Part shown: piece after piece, positions 26,737 through 35,234 of the stretch
How the letters are laid out: every line of letters begins with the position of its first letter
Numbering within the stretch: the first letter of the stretch is position 1
Assembly: GCA_019323655.1 (NCBI GenBank)
Contig: JAHWGX010000063.1
Location: 1-43,026 of the forward strand
Direction: 5' to 3'
From: Candidatus Woesearchaeota archaeon
GTDB taxonomy: Archaea > Nanobdellota > Nanobdellia > Woesearchaeales > GW2011-AR4
Length of the DNA stretch: 43,026 nucleotides
The notes under the pieces: model-generated
The model's database searches: none
The model's input: only the letters and a program-made list of their open reading frames with translations
What the model was told of the DNA's origin: nothing
Made by a program: the position numbers and the translations under genes

Positions 26737-28130
26737 CAGACATCCCGAAAGTAGCTAATTTTATTAATTCTCAAATCCAGAGACAGTAATAAGGAGTTGA
26801 TTTTGGCATTATATCAATTTGAAATCTCTTAATTTCTCATTTATTGCTTGTGGTGGCAACTCCTTAAAAAATTAAGGAGGGGATTACCACCACAAACAAA
26901 CAAATCGACAAAAGTACTCAAGAGTTTGCCCATAAAAATATTTCTATTGCCCCTAACGTAGTATTTAGCATTCCTATGATTTTGCTTGTTTTAGTGTGTG
27001 CAGCCCAAGAGGGGCATAGTGTCAATGCAACAGCATCAGCACCTGATGCTGACAGTGTCTTTTACAGAATTGACACGTCAATTCGAAAAATGCAAGACCA
27101 GTTTTGGGGCCAGACTTTAAAACTTCTACGTCGGAAAAAGAAGAAGCTAGCTAAAGTGAAATGCTACATAACAGTAGACGAAACTTATGATTCATACACT
27201 GGAAACCTCCATAAAAAGCCAGTTAGAGAATTAACAAGAGAGCAAAAAACAATAAGGCAGTATATTCATGAATACCAGCCAAAGAAAGGAGATACTGGTT
27301 CTTTCAAGTATTTGGTTTTTGCTCTTGTGTACGGCAGGAAGAAAATGGTTCTCCGTGCTAAAGCTTTAAGAAGAAAAGAAGAGTACTGGTCGCTTGTAGT
27401 TAGAACACTTAAAGAATTATCATCAGAGCTGAAGTTTGAATGCGCCCTTATGGATAGGGGATTCTATGTTGCAGAGCTTATAGATCAGCTACAAAAGGAA
27501 AGTATTCCTTTTGTTGTCCGCGCATGCATTTGCGATTACATGAAAATAATCCTCGGCATTTATCGGGAATGGAAAATTTATGAGTATGATGTTGCAGGCT
27601 GGGCTAAAACAAAACTTATTCTTGGAAGGGATTTCAGAGGTTATCCGTGGGGATTTGTTACAAACCTTTCATTTAACCATCTAGAAGATATACGTTTCTT
27701 ATACAAGAAACGATGGAATATCGAGAATATTTTCAAAGCTACAGATGGGATACAGCTGAAAGTTGCAACATCTAACCACATCACAAGAATGTTTGCAGTT
27801 TGCTTGTCTTTTTTGATCTATAACGCATGGCAAAATAAGAATATGAAACCAACTCTGCTTGACTTTATAAAGAAAATTTTTCAGGTTCTGTTTGCATTTA
27901 TAAGGAAAATCAGTCCTTACAGAGATAAGTTCAAACTCAACTTGCCTTTATGGGATTTTTTGGAGAAATGAAGTAGAAGGCAGAATAAATTTTTTCATGT
28001 TACATGCGCTTTAATTTAATTCGCGATTGAGGTTAGGGGTATATTCTTCTCTAATGCGATTTCAATTCTTAGTGAGCAGATAAAATCTGCTCAAATTTGT
28101 GTTAGGGTTTGGTCAATTTCGGAATCTCTG
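26737..28130. mobile_element. Candidate IS element (DDE transposase flanked by imperfect terminal inverted repeats)
   Basis: CAGACATCCCGAAAGT (26737-26752) matches the reverse complement of 28115-28130 (CAGAGATTCCGAAATT) at 13/16 positions, and the pair brackets the transposase ORF. I found no target-site duplication, so the boundaries are tentative. Confidence 0.3.
26976..27971 (+). CDS. IS4/IS5-superfamily DDE transposase
   Basis: A DDE triad is visible: ITVDETY, ALMDRGFY, YKKRWNIENIFK (Y-x2-R-x3-E signature). The N-terminal DNA-binding region looks short. The frame is open upstream to 26868 without a canonical start. Confidence 0.75.
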   Translation: MILLVLVCAAQEGHSVNATASAPDADSVFYRIDTSIRKMQDQFWGQTLKLLRRKKKKLAKVKCYITVDETYDSYTGNLHKKPVRELTREQKTIRQYIHEYQPKKGDTGSFKYLVFALVYGRKKMVLRAKALRRKEEYWSLVVRTLKELSSELKFECALMDRGFYVAELIDQLQKESIPFVVRACICDYMKIILGIYREWKIYEYDVAGWAKTKLILGRDFRGYPWGFVTNLSFNHLEDIRFLYKKRWNIENIFKATDGIQLKVATSNHITRMFAVCLSFLIYNAWQNKNMKPTLLDFIKKIFQVLFAFIRKISPYRDKFKLNLPLWDFLEK

Positions 28131-28155
28131 AATACAAGCAATTTACCTTCGTTCT

Positions 28156-28692
28156 ATGCCTCAACACAGAATGAACAGACAATTAATTGCTCAGAGGGTA
28201 AGAAAACCATTAGAGAGTCTTGTTAGTGATCTGGAAAAGATATATACACATGCCGTAAAGGAAGGGCTATATCACAGTCTGAGTCCACATGAAATTTATC
28301 AAAATATTGGCAAAGGCCTCATTAACTACCATCTTTCTGAGGAATATGGATTCTTCTCTGATTTGAGAGAAGACTTTGGGCGTCTGGGTTGGAGTGTTGC
28401 GTATTTAACAGAGCGGTATAAAGATGGCGGACTCGCTCTTGAAGAGCTTGCATGGTTAGGTTTGAAGAGGACAGAATACTTATGGGAAAACCAAAAAGAT
28501 CCAAACAGCGAATTGCCAGAAAAAGACATTCTTGAGATTTCGGACAATCTTAAATCTAAACCCCCAATTAAAGATTGTAATGAAAATGAATTAAGGATTT
28601 TATTGGATAGTTATTTGGGGGGTAAAGCAGATTACCTTACATATAAATATCCGTATGGAACCAGGGAGACCTTAACAAAAGCATTAATATAA
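28156..28692 (+). CDS. Hypothetical protein (no recognisable family)
   Basis: 178-aa ORF beginning 25 nt after the candidate IS end. The composition is non-repetitive and I recognise no motifs. Confidence 0.45.
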   Translation: MPQHRMNRQLIAQRVRKPLESLVSDLEKIYTHAVKEGLYHSLSPHEIYQNIGKGLINYHLSEEYGFFSDLREDFGRLGWSVAYLTERYKDGGLALEELAWLGLKRTEYLWENQKDPNSELPEKDILEISDNLKSKPPIKDCNENELRILLDSYLGGKADYLTYKYPYGTRETLTKALI

Positions 28693-28809
28693 ATAAAAAC
28701 ATACAAGCCAAATTCTCCTCTCAATGTTTTAAGACCTCGAATTTAGCGTACTTAATTCTAGGCTACGCCTTAAGTTTATTAAAATTGTACCCTCTCAAAA
28801 CAGAACCCC

Positions 28810-29475
28810 TCACCTAATCCTCCTGACTCCTGCCCTTTTGCAGTACTTCCTTATGGGGCATCTGGAGCAAAAGGGGCTTATTGGAAAACAGATGTTCTGG
28901 CCATGGGCTACAAGCAGATTATTTAAGCCATGCCAATATTTTCTTGGAATTATTTTCATCAGGGCAAATTCTGTTTTTTCAGGTGTTTTTGTTTTTACCC
29001 AGCCAAGCCTGTTTACAACTTTAAACACGTGTGTATCAACAGGTATATTTGAGTTTTTGCCAAAGCCATAACACATTACAATGCCCATGCACTTCCTTCC
29101 AATGCCGGGCAATTTCAACAATTCATTTTCATTATTTGGCACTTTTCCATTGTAATTTTTAATCAATATTTTACATATTTGCTTAATCCACTTTGCTTTT
29201 TTTGGGTAAAAGCCTACTGGATAGATTGCTTTTTCAATTTGCTTTTCTGATAATTTTAACATTTGTTTGGGGGTTTTTGCCAGTGAAAATAATCTTTTTG
29301 AGGCTGCTGCTGTTACAGCATCTTTTGTTCTTAAACTTAACAAGCAGGAAACCAGAACAAGAAAAGGGCCTTTTGTTTTTTCTGCTATATCTGTTGAAAG
29401 GGGGTTTTCAAATTGCTTTGTTTCTTTTTTTAGCAAAGAGATTATTTTAGCTATGTTTTTTATTGGTTTTGGCAT
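28810..29475 (-). CDS. nth: Endonuclease III (HhH-GPD DNA glycosylase/AP lyase, 4Fe-4S)
   Basis: LLSLRTKD, the HhH motif LPGIGRKCMGIVM, DTHVFKVVNRLGW, and the C-terminal CFPISPFCSRCPIRKYC cluster are all present. Confidence 0.9.
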   Translation of the reverse strand: MPKPIKNIAKIISLLKKETKQFENPLSTDIAEKTKGPFLVLVSCLLSLRTKDAVTAAASKRLFSLAKTPKQMLKLSEKQIEKAIYPVGFYPKKAKWIKQICKILIKNYNGKVPNNENELLKLPGIGRKCMGIVMCYGFGKNSNIPVDTHVFKVVNRLGWVKTKTPEKTEFALMKIIPRKYWHGLNNLLVAHGQNICFPISPFCSRCPIRKYCKRAGVRRIR

Positions 29476-29623
29476 TTTGCAACATAATTAATTTCCAATA
29501 TTTGTAAAGTTTTTGGTATCTGGCCGATTTATTTTCTCTACTTTAGGCTTTTCACTAAAATAATCAAATTTTTTAAATGTGGTTAGATTAGAAAAAGTTG
29601 AAGAAACAAAAATCCCCAATAAT

Positions 29624-30208
29624 TTAGGTTGTATGCCCGCCTATATAGCTAAGTGTTCTATGATAGGGTATCTTGGATACTAATTCGTAGCAGACTTCCC
29701 CCATAGGACTGTTGCCTTTTTCTATTTTGACAGTGATTTTATTAACTTCGGAATCCAGAGTTAAACCTTCAGGCCCATTGCCAGTTTTTACCCTTGCTCC
29801 ATTAACAGCGTGTGCAGGAAAAATCCAGTCTTTAATACAGACAGCTTCATTTAATGCATTCCAATCAGATTTTCTTTCTTCGTTTGGAGCAGTAAGGTAA
29901 CTAAGAGCTTCTGAAGAGCTGTTTATACCTTCTAAAATAGCATCCTCTGAAAGATCTTTTATCTTTCTCAAAAGCTTTTCTAAATAAGAAGTATGGATAG
30001 CAAACAAACCATGTTCCTTAATCAAATTTCTATACCAATGCCTTAAACTCCTATAACCATCGCTTGAAGGACCATAACCTTCAACTTCCAGGATAGGAAC
30101 TCCTAACCTAAAGAAATAGCTCCCAACAAGAGTGTCTGCTAAATTAAGATCTACCTTTAGTGTTAATTCTGGACCATGTTCTACAATAATTAAGGTACCA
30201 AGACTCAT
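29624..30208 (-). CDS. Hypothetical protein (no recognisable family)
   Basis: ~194-aa ORF (ATG at 30208; the track GTG is at 30217). It looks soluble, and I recognise no motifs. Confidence 0.45.
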   Translation of the reverse strand: MSLGTLIIVEHGPELTLKVDLNLADTLVGSYFFRLGVPILEVEGYGPSSDGYRSLRHWYRNLIKEHGLFAIHTSYLEKLLRKIKDLSEDAILEGINSSSEALSYLTAPNEERKSDWNALNEAVCIKDWIFPAHAVNGARVKTGNGPEGLTLDSEVNKITVKIEKGNSPMGEVCYELVSKIPYHRTLSYIGGHTT

Positions 30209-30399
30209 GAAAAACACCTTTTAAGCTAGAAGCGGCATAGAAATCAATATTTCAACTGATTGACAGCCATTTTCTGCATTTCTGGAAAGGGCTACCTCTT
30301 TTTAATTTTTACTGTTTTGTTGATTTACAATTTTGAATATTAAACTGAAATCATAAACTTATGGAGGGGTGTATACACCCATGAAAGTAGAATTCAACC

Positions 30400-31458
30400 T
30401 CATTCCCAAACACCAGCTATTTTCTCACTGCATTTCCTGCATTTTCCTTTTTCAAGGTTTTTTATGGTTGTATAATAGCCGCTTCTTTTTATAAGCAGAG
30501 CATTGCATTTAGGGCAGTAAGTGTTTGAATGCTCCTCATCAAGAATATTTCCAACATAGGCATATTTTAAACCTGCTTTCTTTCCAATATTGTAGGCTTT
30601 AATCAAGGTTTTGTAAGATGTGGGGGGAACGTCTGACATTTTATAAGTGGGGGAGAATGCTGTTACATGCCACGGAATATTTTCGTCAATGCCTGCTATA
30701 AACTCCGCTATTTTTTTCAGCTCTGAATCAGAGTCGTTTTTTGTCGGGATTACCAAAGTGGTAATCTCAACCCAGATTCCAAGCTCATAGGCTAATTTTA
30801 TTGTTTCCAAGACCGGCTGCAGGCTTGCTTTGCATATTTTTTTGTAGAATTCATCGCTAAAGGACTTTAAGTCAATGTTCACTGCATTAAGGCAGGGTTT
30901 AATTAGCCTTAAGGCTTCTTCTGTTTCGTAGCCATTAGTGACAAAAACATTTTTTATTCCTTTTTTATGGGCAAGCTTTGCAGTGTCGTAGGCATACTCA
31001 AAAAATATGGTTGGCTCGTTATAGGTATAAGCAATGCTAGATATATTTTTTTCTGCGCATATTTCCACAATTTTTTCCGGCAGCAGCTCATAGCCCATGC
31101 TGCTTACTTCAGCATCCATTCGCTCTATTTTTTTCTCTTTCAGCAGCTTTTTGCGCAGCTCTTTTGTAATCTGGGAAATATCCCAGTTCTGGCAGAAATC
31201 ACATGAGAAATTGCAGCCAACAGTGCCTAAGGAAAATATTTCTGTTCCGGGCATGAAATGGAACAGGGGCTTTTTTTCAATCGGGTCTATGTTAAAGGAA
31301 ATTGCTTTTCCGTAAACCAGCAGGTATAGCTTTCCATTTTTGTTCTGCCTTACCCCGCAGATGCCTGTGTTATCTGGAGCTATAATGCATTTCTGGCTGC
31401 ATGCTGTGCAGGCAACTTTTTTGTTTTCAAGCTTTTTGTATAGAATTGCTTCGTGCAT
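30400..31458 (-). CDS. AmmeMemoRadiSam-system-type radical SAM enzyme (PflA-like activase family)
   Basis: CNFSCDFCQNWDISQ is a radical SAM CxxxCxxC. It also has an N-terminal Cys cluster (CTACSQKC...ICGVRQN) and a C-terminal CPKC...CRKC ribbon. Confidence 0.85.
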   Translation of the reverse strand: MHEAILYKKLENKKVACTACSQKCIIAPDNTGICGVRQNKNGKLYLLVYGKAISFNIDPIEKKPLFHFMPGTEIFSLGTVGCNFSCDFCQNWDISQITKELRKKLLKEKKIERMDAEVSSMGYELLPEKIVEICAEKNISSIAYTYNEPTIFFEYAYDTAKLAHKKGIKNVFVTNGYETEEALRLIKPCLNAVNIDLKSFSDEFYKKICKASLQPVLETIKLAYELGIWVEITTLVIPTKNDSDSELKKIAEFIAGIDENIPWHVTAFSPTYKMSDVPPTSYKTLIKAYNIGKKAGLKYAYVGNILDEEHSNTYCPKCNALLIKRSGYYTTIKNLEKGKCRKCSEKIAGVWE

Positions 31459-31552
31459 ATTGCCTTAGTTGTTTTAAAAGTTTAAAAATATTGTTGAAAA
31501 TTAATTAGAGAATAAGCATTGGACAAAAAACTTTAATTATGTTTTATTTTCC

Positions 31553-31650
31553 AATCTGCTCTGCGAGTTTACTGCGGGGCGTAGCTTCCCTGCCATAGCG
31601 CTCCGCACCGCTTATTTATTATGGATAGGTAATTGAATTTGGTCCTAAAA
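31553..31650 (+). repeat. GC-rich hairpin element, copy 1 (candidate sRNA or cis-regulatory module)
   Basis: AATCTGCTCTGCGAGTTTACT, then GCGGGGCG (31574-81), a 22-nt loop, CGCACCGC (31604-11), TTATTTATT, 11 nt, and ATTGAATTTGGTCCTAAAA. It is about 80% identical to 37937-38097. Confidence 0.5.
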
Positions 31651-31709
31651 TTAGTGTCAACTATTAAATGCTAGAAAATTTAATAAAAGGACATATTTAA
31701 CAGCTGGTT

Positions 31710-32045
31710 ATGAGATGGCTCTTAAGGTCAAAGATACACAAGGCTGTTGTAACTGAGTCGAATGTTGATTATACAGGCAGCATTACAATTGACAAAGATT
31801 TAATGGAAAAAGCTGGCTTGTGGGAAAATGAAAAAGTGCTTGTTACAAGCCTGACTTCAGGTGCAAGGGTTGAGACTTATGCTATTCCCGGAGAATCTGG
31901 TGTCATCTGCATTAACGGTGCTGCTGCGCATCTGATTAAGGCTGGGGAAGAGATAATTGTAATGGGCTTTGAATTAACTGATAAGCCGATAAAGGCAAAA
32001 AAGATTCTTGTGGATAAGGAGAATAAGTTTGTCAGGTTTTTGTGA
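31710..32045 (+). CDS. panD: Aspartate 1-decarboxylase (pyruvoyl-dependent, bacterial type)
   Basis: LRSKIHKAVVTESNVDYTGSITID contains the Gly-Ser self-cleavage site, and NGAAAH is present. 111 aa. Confidence 0.88.
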   Translation: MRWLLRSKIHKAVVTESNVDYTGSITIDKDLMEKAGLWENEKVLVTSLTSGARVETYAIPGESGVICINGAAAHLIKAGEEIIVMGFELTDKPIKAKKILVDKENKFVRFL

Positions 32046-32771
32046 TTATTTTAAAATCCTCCCTGTTCTTCTGCTCCAGAGCAATAAGTCAAGCTCGTCC
32101 ATTGGAATGCCTATATCATTGCTGAATAGTTTCATTTTCTGCTCTGTTTCAGAGTAAACTCTGCCTGTCAGGGGGGTTTTAATTTCATCTATAACCTTAA
32201 ATTCGAGCAAAGAGCTGAGTATGTGCTTGTCAAGGATTGCATAGCCCTTAAAGCCTATGTTCCTTAAAAAGTGGGATGCCTCTTTGTATCCCAAGCCTTT
32301 TATGCCTTTGTTGAAGGCAAAGAAACTCCTCAATTCCTCCGGGTTTTGCTTTAAGGATTCTATCTTTTCCTTTAATTTAAAGTCTAACTCATTTTTCAGG
32401 TAATCCCTTGTATGGACAATGTAAGAGGGCCTTAATGTGCTGAAGCGGTAGATTCCCTCAAGCTTTTTTTTCATTTCATCTGCAGTTCCGCTAACCAGCA
32501 AGTCCCTTATAGCACCAATTGCCTTTAGCCCCATCTCTGCGCTTGTATTGGCAGTAAGAATGCAAAAACAAATCTCTTCAAAAAGCCTTTCATCATCATT
32601 TTTGGCTGTTTTTTTTAAAATCAAATTTCCGTTTTCATAAAACCATGAATAAGGCTCAGTATAAAACTTGTCAAATTCCTTCAGCCTTTGGATGATTTTG
32701 TATTTTTTGAGGCTGTATTCTTTTTTCAGGCTTCTTATGCCAGAGCTGTCTGAGAGTTTTATAGTTTGCAT
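32046..32771 (-). CDS. ogg: N-glycosylase/DNA lyase (archaeal 8-oxoguanine glycosylase, Ogg2 type)
   Basis: HhH-GPD with IKGLGYKEASHFLRNIGFKGYAILDKHI (catalytic Lys/Asp context of the Ogg2 family). Confidence 0.8.
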   Translation of the reverse strand: MQTIKLSDSSGIRSLKKEYSLKKYKIIQRLKEFDKFYTEPYSWFYENGNLILKKTAKNDDERLFEEICFCILTANTSAEMGLKAIGAIRDLLVSGTADEMKKKLEGIYRFSTLRPSYIVHTRDYLKNELDFKLKEKIESLKQNPEELRSFFAFNKGIKGLGYKEASHFLRNIGFKGYAILDKHILSSLLEFKVIDEIKTPLTGRVYSETEQKMKLFSNDIGIPMDELDLLLWSRRTGRILK

Positions 32772-32773
32772 TT

Positions 32774-33307
32774 TTATTTTATTTTGGCATACAGTATTGT
32801 ATCCAATAACTTTCCATCTTTTAATTGGTATTTTCTCATTAATCCCTCACGCTTATACTTGTTTTTTTCTAAAACACGAACAGAAGACTTATTTTTTGGG
32901 TATACATAGGCATAAATTCTTTTTAATTTTAATTGTTTAAACCCGAAATGGGTAATAATCTCTACAGCCTCTGTCGCGATGCCTTTTCTCCAATATTTTT
33001 TGCCAAGCCAACAACCTATTTCTGCTTTGTGGGGCTGTATGCCCATTAGGCTTATGCCTCCAATAACCCCCTCAATGTCAATTGCAAAATTTATCTCAGT
33101 TTTATTTTTCTTTTTAGCCAGATTTTTGCAACGTGCAATCCACTGTTTTGCATCTTTTAGCTTGTAAGGGTAAGGTATCCTGTGCGTATACTTAGAGACG
33201 TCCTTATCATTTATGTTTTTTATGAGAGAATATTCATCGCCTTTTTTGTAAGGCCTTAATATAAAGTTTTTTGACTTGATTGTTTTACCCATTCTAGACG
33301 CCAGCAT
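32774..33307 (-). CDS. GNAT family N-acetyltransferase (RimJ/RimL-like)
   Basis: ILRPY...D......IN.........IPYPY is followed by the acetyl-CoA motif YWRKGIATEA. There is a 2-nt gap to ogg. Confidence 0.85.
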   Translation of the reverse strand: MLASRMGKTIKSKNFILRPYKKGDEYSLIKNINDKDVSKYTHRIPYPYKLKDAKQWIARCKNLAKKKNKTEINFAIDIEGVIGGISLMGIQPHKAEIGCWLGKKYWRKGIATEAVEIITHFGFKQLKLKRIYAYVYPKNKSSVRVLEKNKYKREGLMRKYQLKDGKLLDTILYAKIK

Positions 33308-33319
33308 TATTTATTGGCC

Positions 33320-35233
33320 CTATCTGAGACCCTTTAACCAGTTGGTCAGGTTAATCTGCTCTTCCCTAACACCCCTTAAGAATAAAACCTGATCTGGCCT
33401 GCTGCCGAAGCGGTAAATGGAGATTCCCTTGCAGCCAAGATTGTATGCAAGCATGTATGTTTTTTTAATATCCTCTACTGTTGCTGTTTTCGGCAGTGTT
33501 ACTGTCTTTGATACAGCGTTATCCACGTGCTTCTGGAAGGCAGCCTGTATTTTTACATGGTATTCCGGGCTAATGTCATAGGAAACAACAAATATTTTTC
33601 TTATTTCCTTGGGTATTGAAAGCATATGCTGTATGGTGCCTTTTCTTGCTATGTATTTCATGAAATCCTTATTGTAAAGCTTTTTCTTCTCCAATGCTTC
33701 CTTAAAGTTTTTATCAACTGTCAAAAGCTCTGTGCCGTCGCTTAAAAGACGGACAAAGCTCAAAGCAAACAACGGCTCTATCCCAAAAGAGGTGTTTGCG
33801 ATAATGCTTATGCTTCCTGTAGGCGCTAACGTAAGCCTTGTTGCATTCCTCAGCTCAAGATGCTTTCCCTTAAAGTATTTGCTTTTTTTATTGTAAATGC
33901 TTTCATCCCAGCTGGGGAACACCCCCCGGTCTTTGGCTAAGCCTACAGATGCGCTGTCAGCTTCCTTCCTTATAAAAGCCATTATTCTTTCGGCTGTTTT
34001 TACGGCCTTTTCTGAATTGTAGGGAATTTTTAACTTTACCAGCATATCAGCAAAGCCCATTACCCCTAATCCAATTTTCCTGTTTGCATGGACAATCTCT
34101 TTTGTTTCAAAATTGGGATAGTGGCACATATCTATAACATTGTCCAGAAAATGCACTGATGCGCTTATAGTGCGTTTTAATTTATCAAAATTAATTTTTT
34201 CATTGATTACCATATGAGACAGGTTGATTGAGCCCAAATTGGCTGACTCGTAAGGCAACAGAGGCTGTTCGCCGCAGCTGTCAGTGGCTTCCAGCATGCC
34301 AAGCTTAGGAGTGGGATTGTCCCTGTTCATTTTATCCAGAAATATTAATCCCGGATCTCCGGTTTTATGGGCAGTTTCACATATCAGCCCAAAAATTTTC
34401 TCTGCATTTTCAGCCCTTTCCTTTTCCTGAGTTCTGGGATTAATAAGATCATAGTCTCTCCTGCTTTTTACTGCTGCCATAAACCTGTCTGTGACAGCTA
34501 CAGAAATGTTAAAATTTTCCAGGACTTTTTCCCTGGCTTTTATTGTGATGAACTCCTCTATGTCAGGATGGTCCACCCTTAAAATCCCCATGTTAGCTCC
34601 TCTTCTCAACCCTCCCAGCTTTATCTGCTCTGTAACAGCGTCGAAAATCTTCATAAAAGACAAAGGGCCGGAGGAGAAGCCAGTTACTGAGCTTATCACA
34701 TCGTTTTTCGGCCTTAGCCTTGAGAAGTTAAAGCCGGTTCCTGAGCCTGATTTTGATATCTTGGCTGCGTAATGCAATGCCTTAAATATAGAATCCAAAT
34801 TGTCTTCAACAGGCAGGACAAAGCATGCTGCAAGCTGCTGTAAGGACCTTCCTGCATTGAACAAGGCTGGGGAGTTTGGCAGAAAATCAAGGCCTGCCAT
34901 CAGCCTGTAAAAGTCCTCTTCTGTTTTTTTTACCCTGCTTTTGGCTTTTTGGCTCTTATTGAGCAGATTCTGGAATTCTTTTGTTTTTGCAAACTCAAAG
35001 TATTCTTTTCCGCCTAAATCCATCTCTTCCTTAAGCAAATATTTTGCATCTGCCAGCGCTATATTGCCTGCTACGCGCCTGAACAAGTCTTCCGGCTTTT
35101 CAGCCACATTTCCCTCAGAATCCTTTATCAGGTACCTCTTTTCAAGAAGCTTTAATGCATTTTTGCTTAGTTTCAGGGATTTTCCTTTACTGCTCACAGA
35201 GCCTCCGGCTCTGGATTTTTTTGGCTTTGGCAT
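33320..35233 (-). CDS. nrdJ: Adenosylcobalamin-dependent ribonucleotide reductase (class II, NrdJ)
   Basis: LLEKRYL, ACFVLPVEDNLDSIF, GGLRRGANMGILRVDHPDIEEFI and the thiyl-radical loop SCGEQPLLPYESANLGSINL are present. The ATG is at 35233; the track TTG is at 35245. Confidence 0.9.
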   Translation of the reverse strand: MPKPKKSRAGGSVSSKGKSLKLSKNALKLLEKRYLIKDSEGNVAEKPEDLFRRVAGNIALADAKYLLKEEMDLGGKEYFEFAKTKEFQNLLNKSQKAKSRVKKTEEDFYRLMAGLDFLPNSPALFNAGRSLQQLAACFVLPVEDNLDSIFKALHYAAKISKSGSGTGFNFSRLRPKNDVISSVTGFSSGPLSFMKIFDAVTEQIKLGGLRRGANMGILRVDHPDIEEFITIKAREKVLENFNISVAVTDRFMAAVKSRRDYDLINPRTQEKERAENAEKIFGLICETAHKTGDPGLIFLDKMNRDNPTPKLGMLEATDSCGEQPLLPYESANLGSINLSHMVINEKINFDKLKRTISASVHFLDNVIDMCHYPNFETKEIVHANRKIGLGVMGFADMLVKLKIPYNSEKAVKTAERIMAFIRKEADSASVGLAKDRGVFPSWDESIYNKKSKYFKGKHLELRNATRLTLAPTGSISIIANTSFGIEPLFALSFVRLLSDGTELLTVDKNFKEALEKKKLYNKDFMKYIARKGTIQHMLSIPKEIRKIFVVSYDISPEYHVKIQAAFQKHVDNAVSKTVTLPKTATVEDIKKTYMLAYNLGCKGISIYRFGSRPDQVLFLRGVREEQINLTNWLKGLR

Positions 35234-35234
35234 T

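Noticed and set aside
26868-26975. In-frame upstream extension of the transposase ORF
   Set aside because: The frame is open, but it contains no ATG, GTG or TTG start. I therefore annotated from the ATG at 26976 and flagged possible truncation.
31574-31611. GC-rich hairpin as a tRNA fragment, a split-tRNA half, or an H/ACA guide
   Set aside because: I tried cloverleaf registers on both strands and found no U8, no GG D-loop and no T-arm. There is no ACA box after the stem, so it fits neither class.
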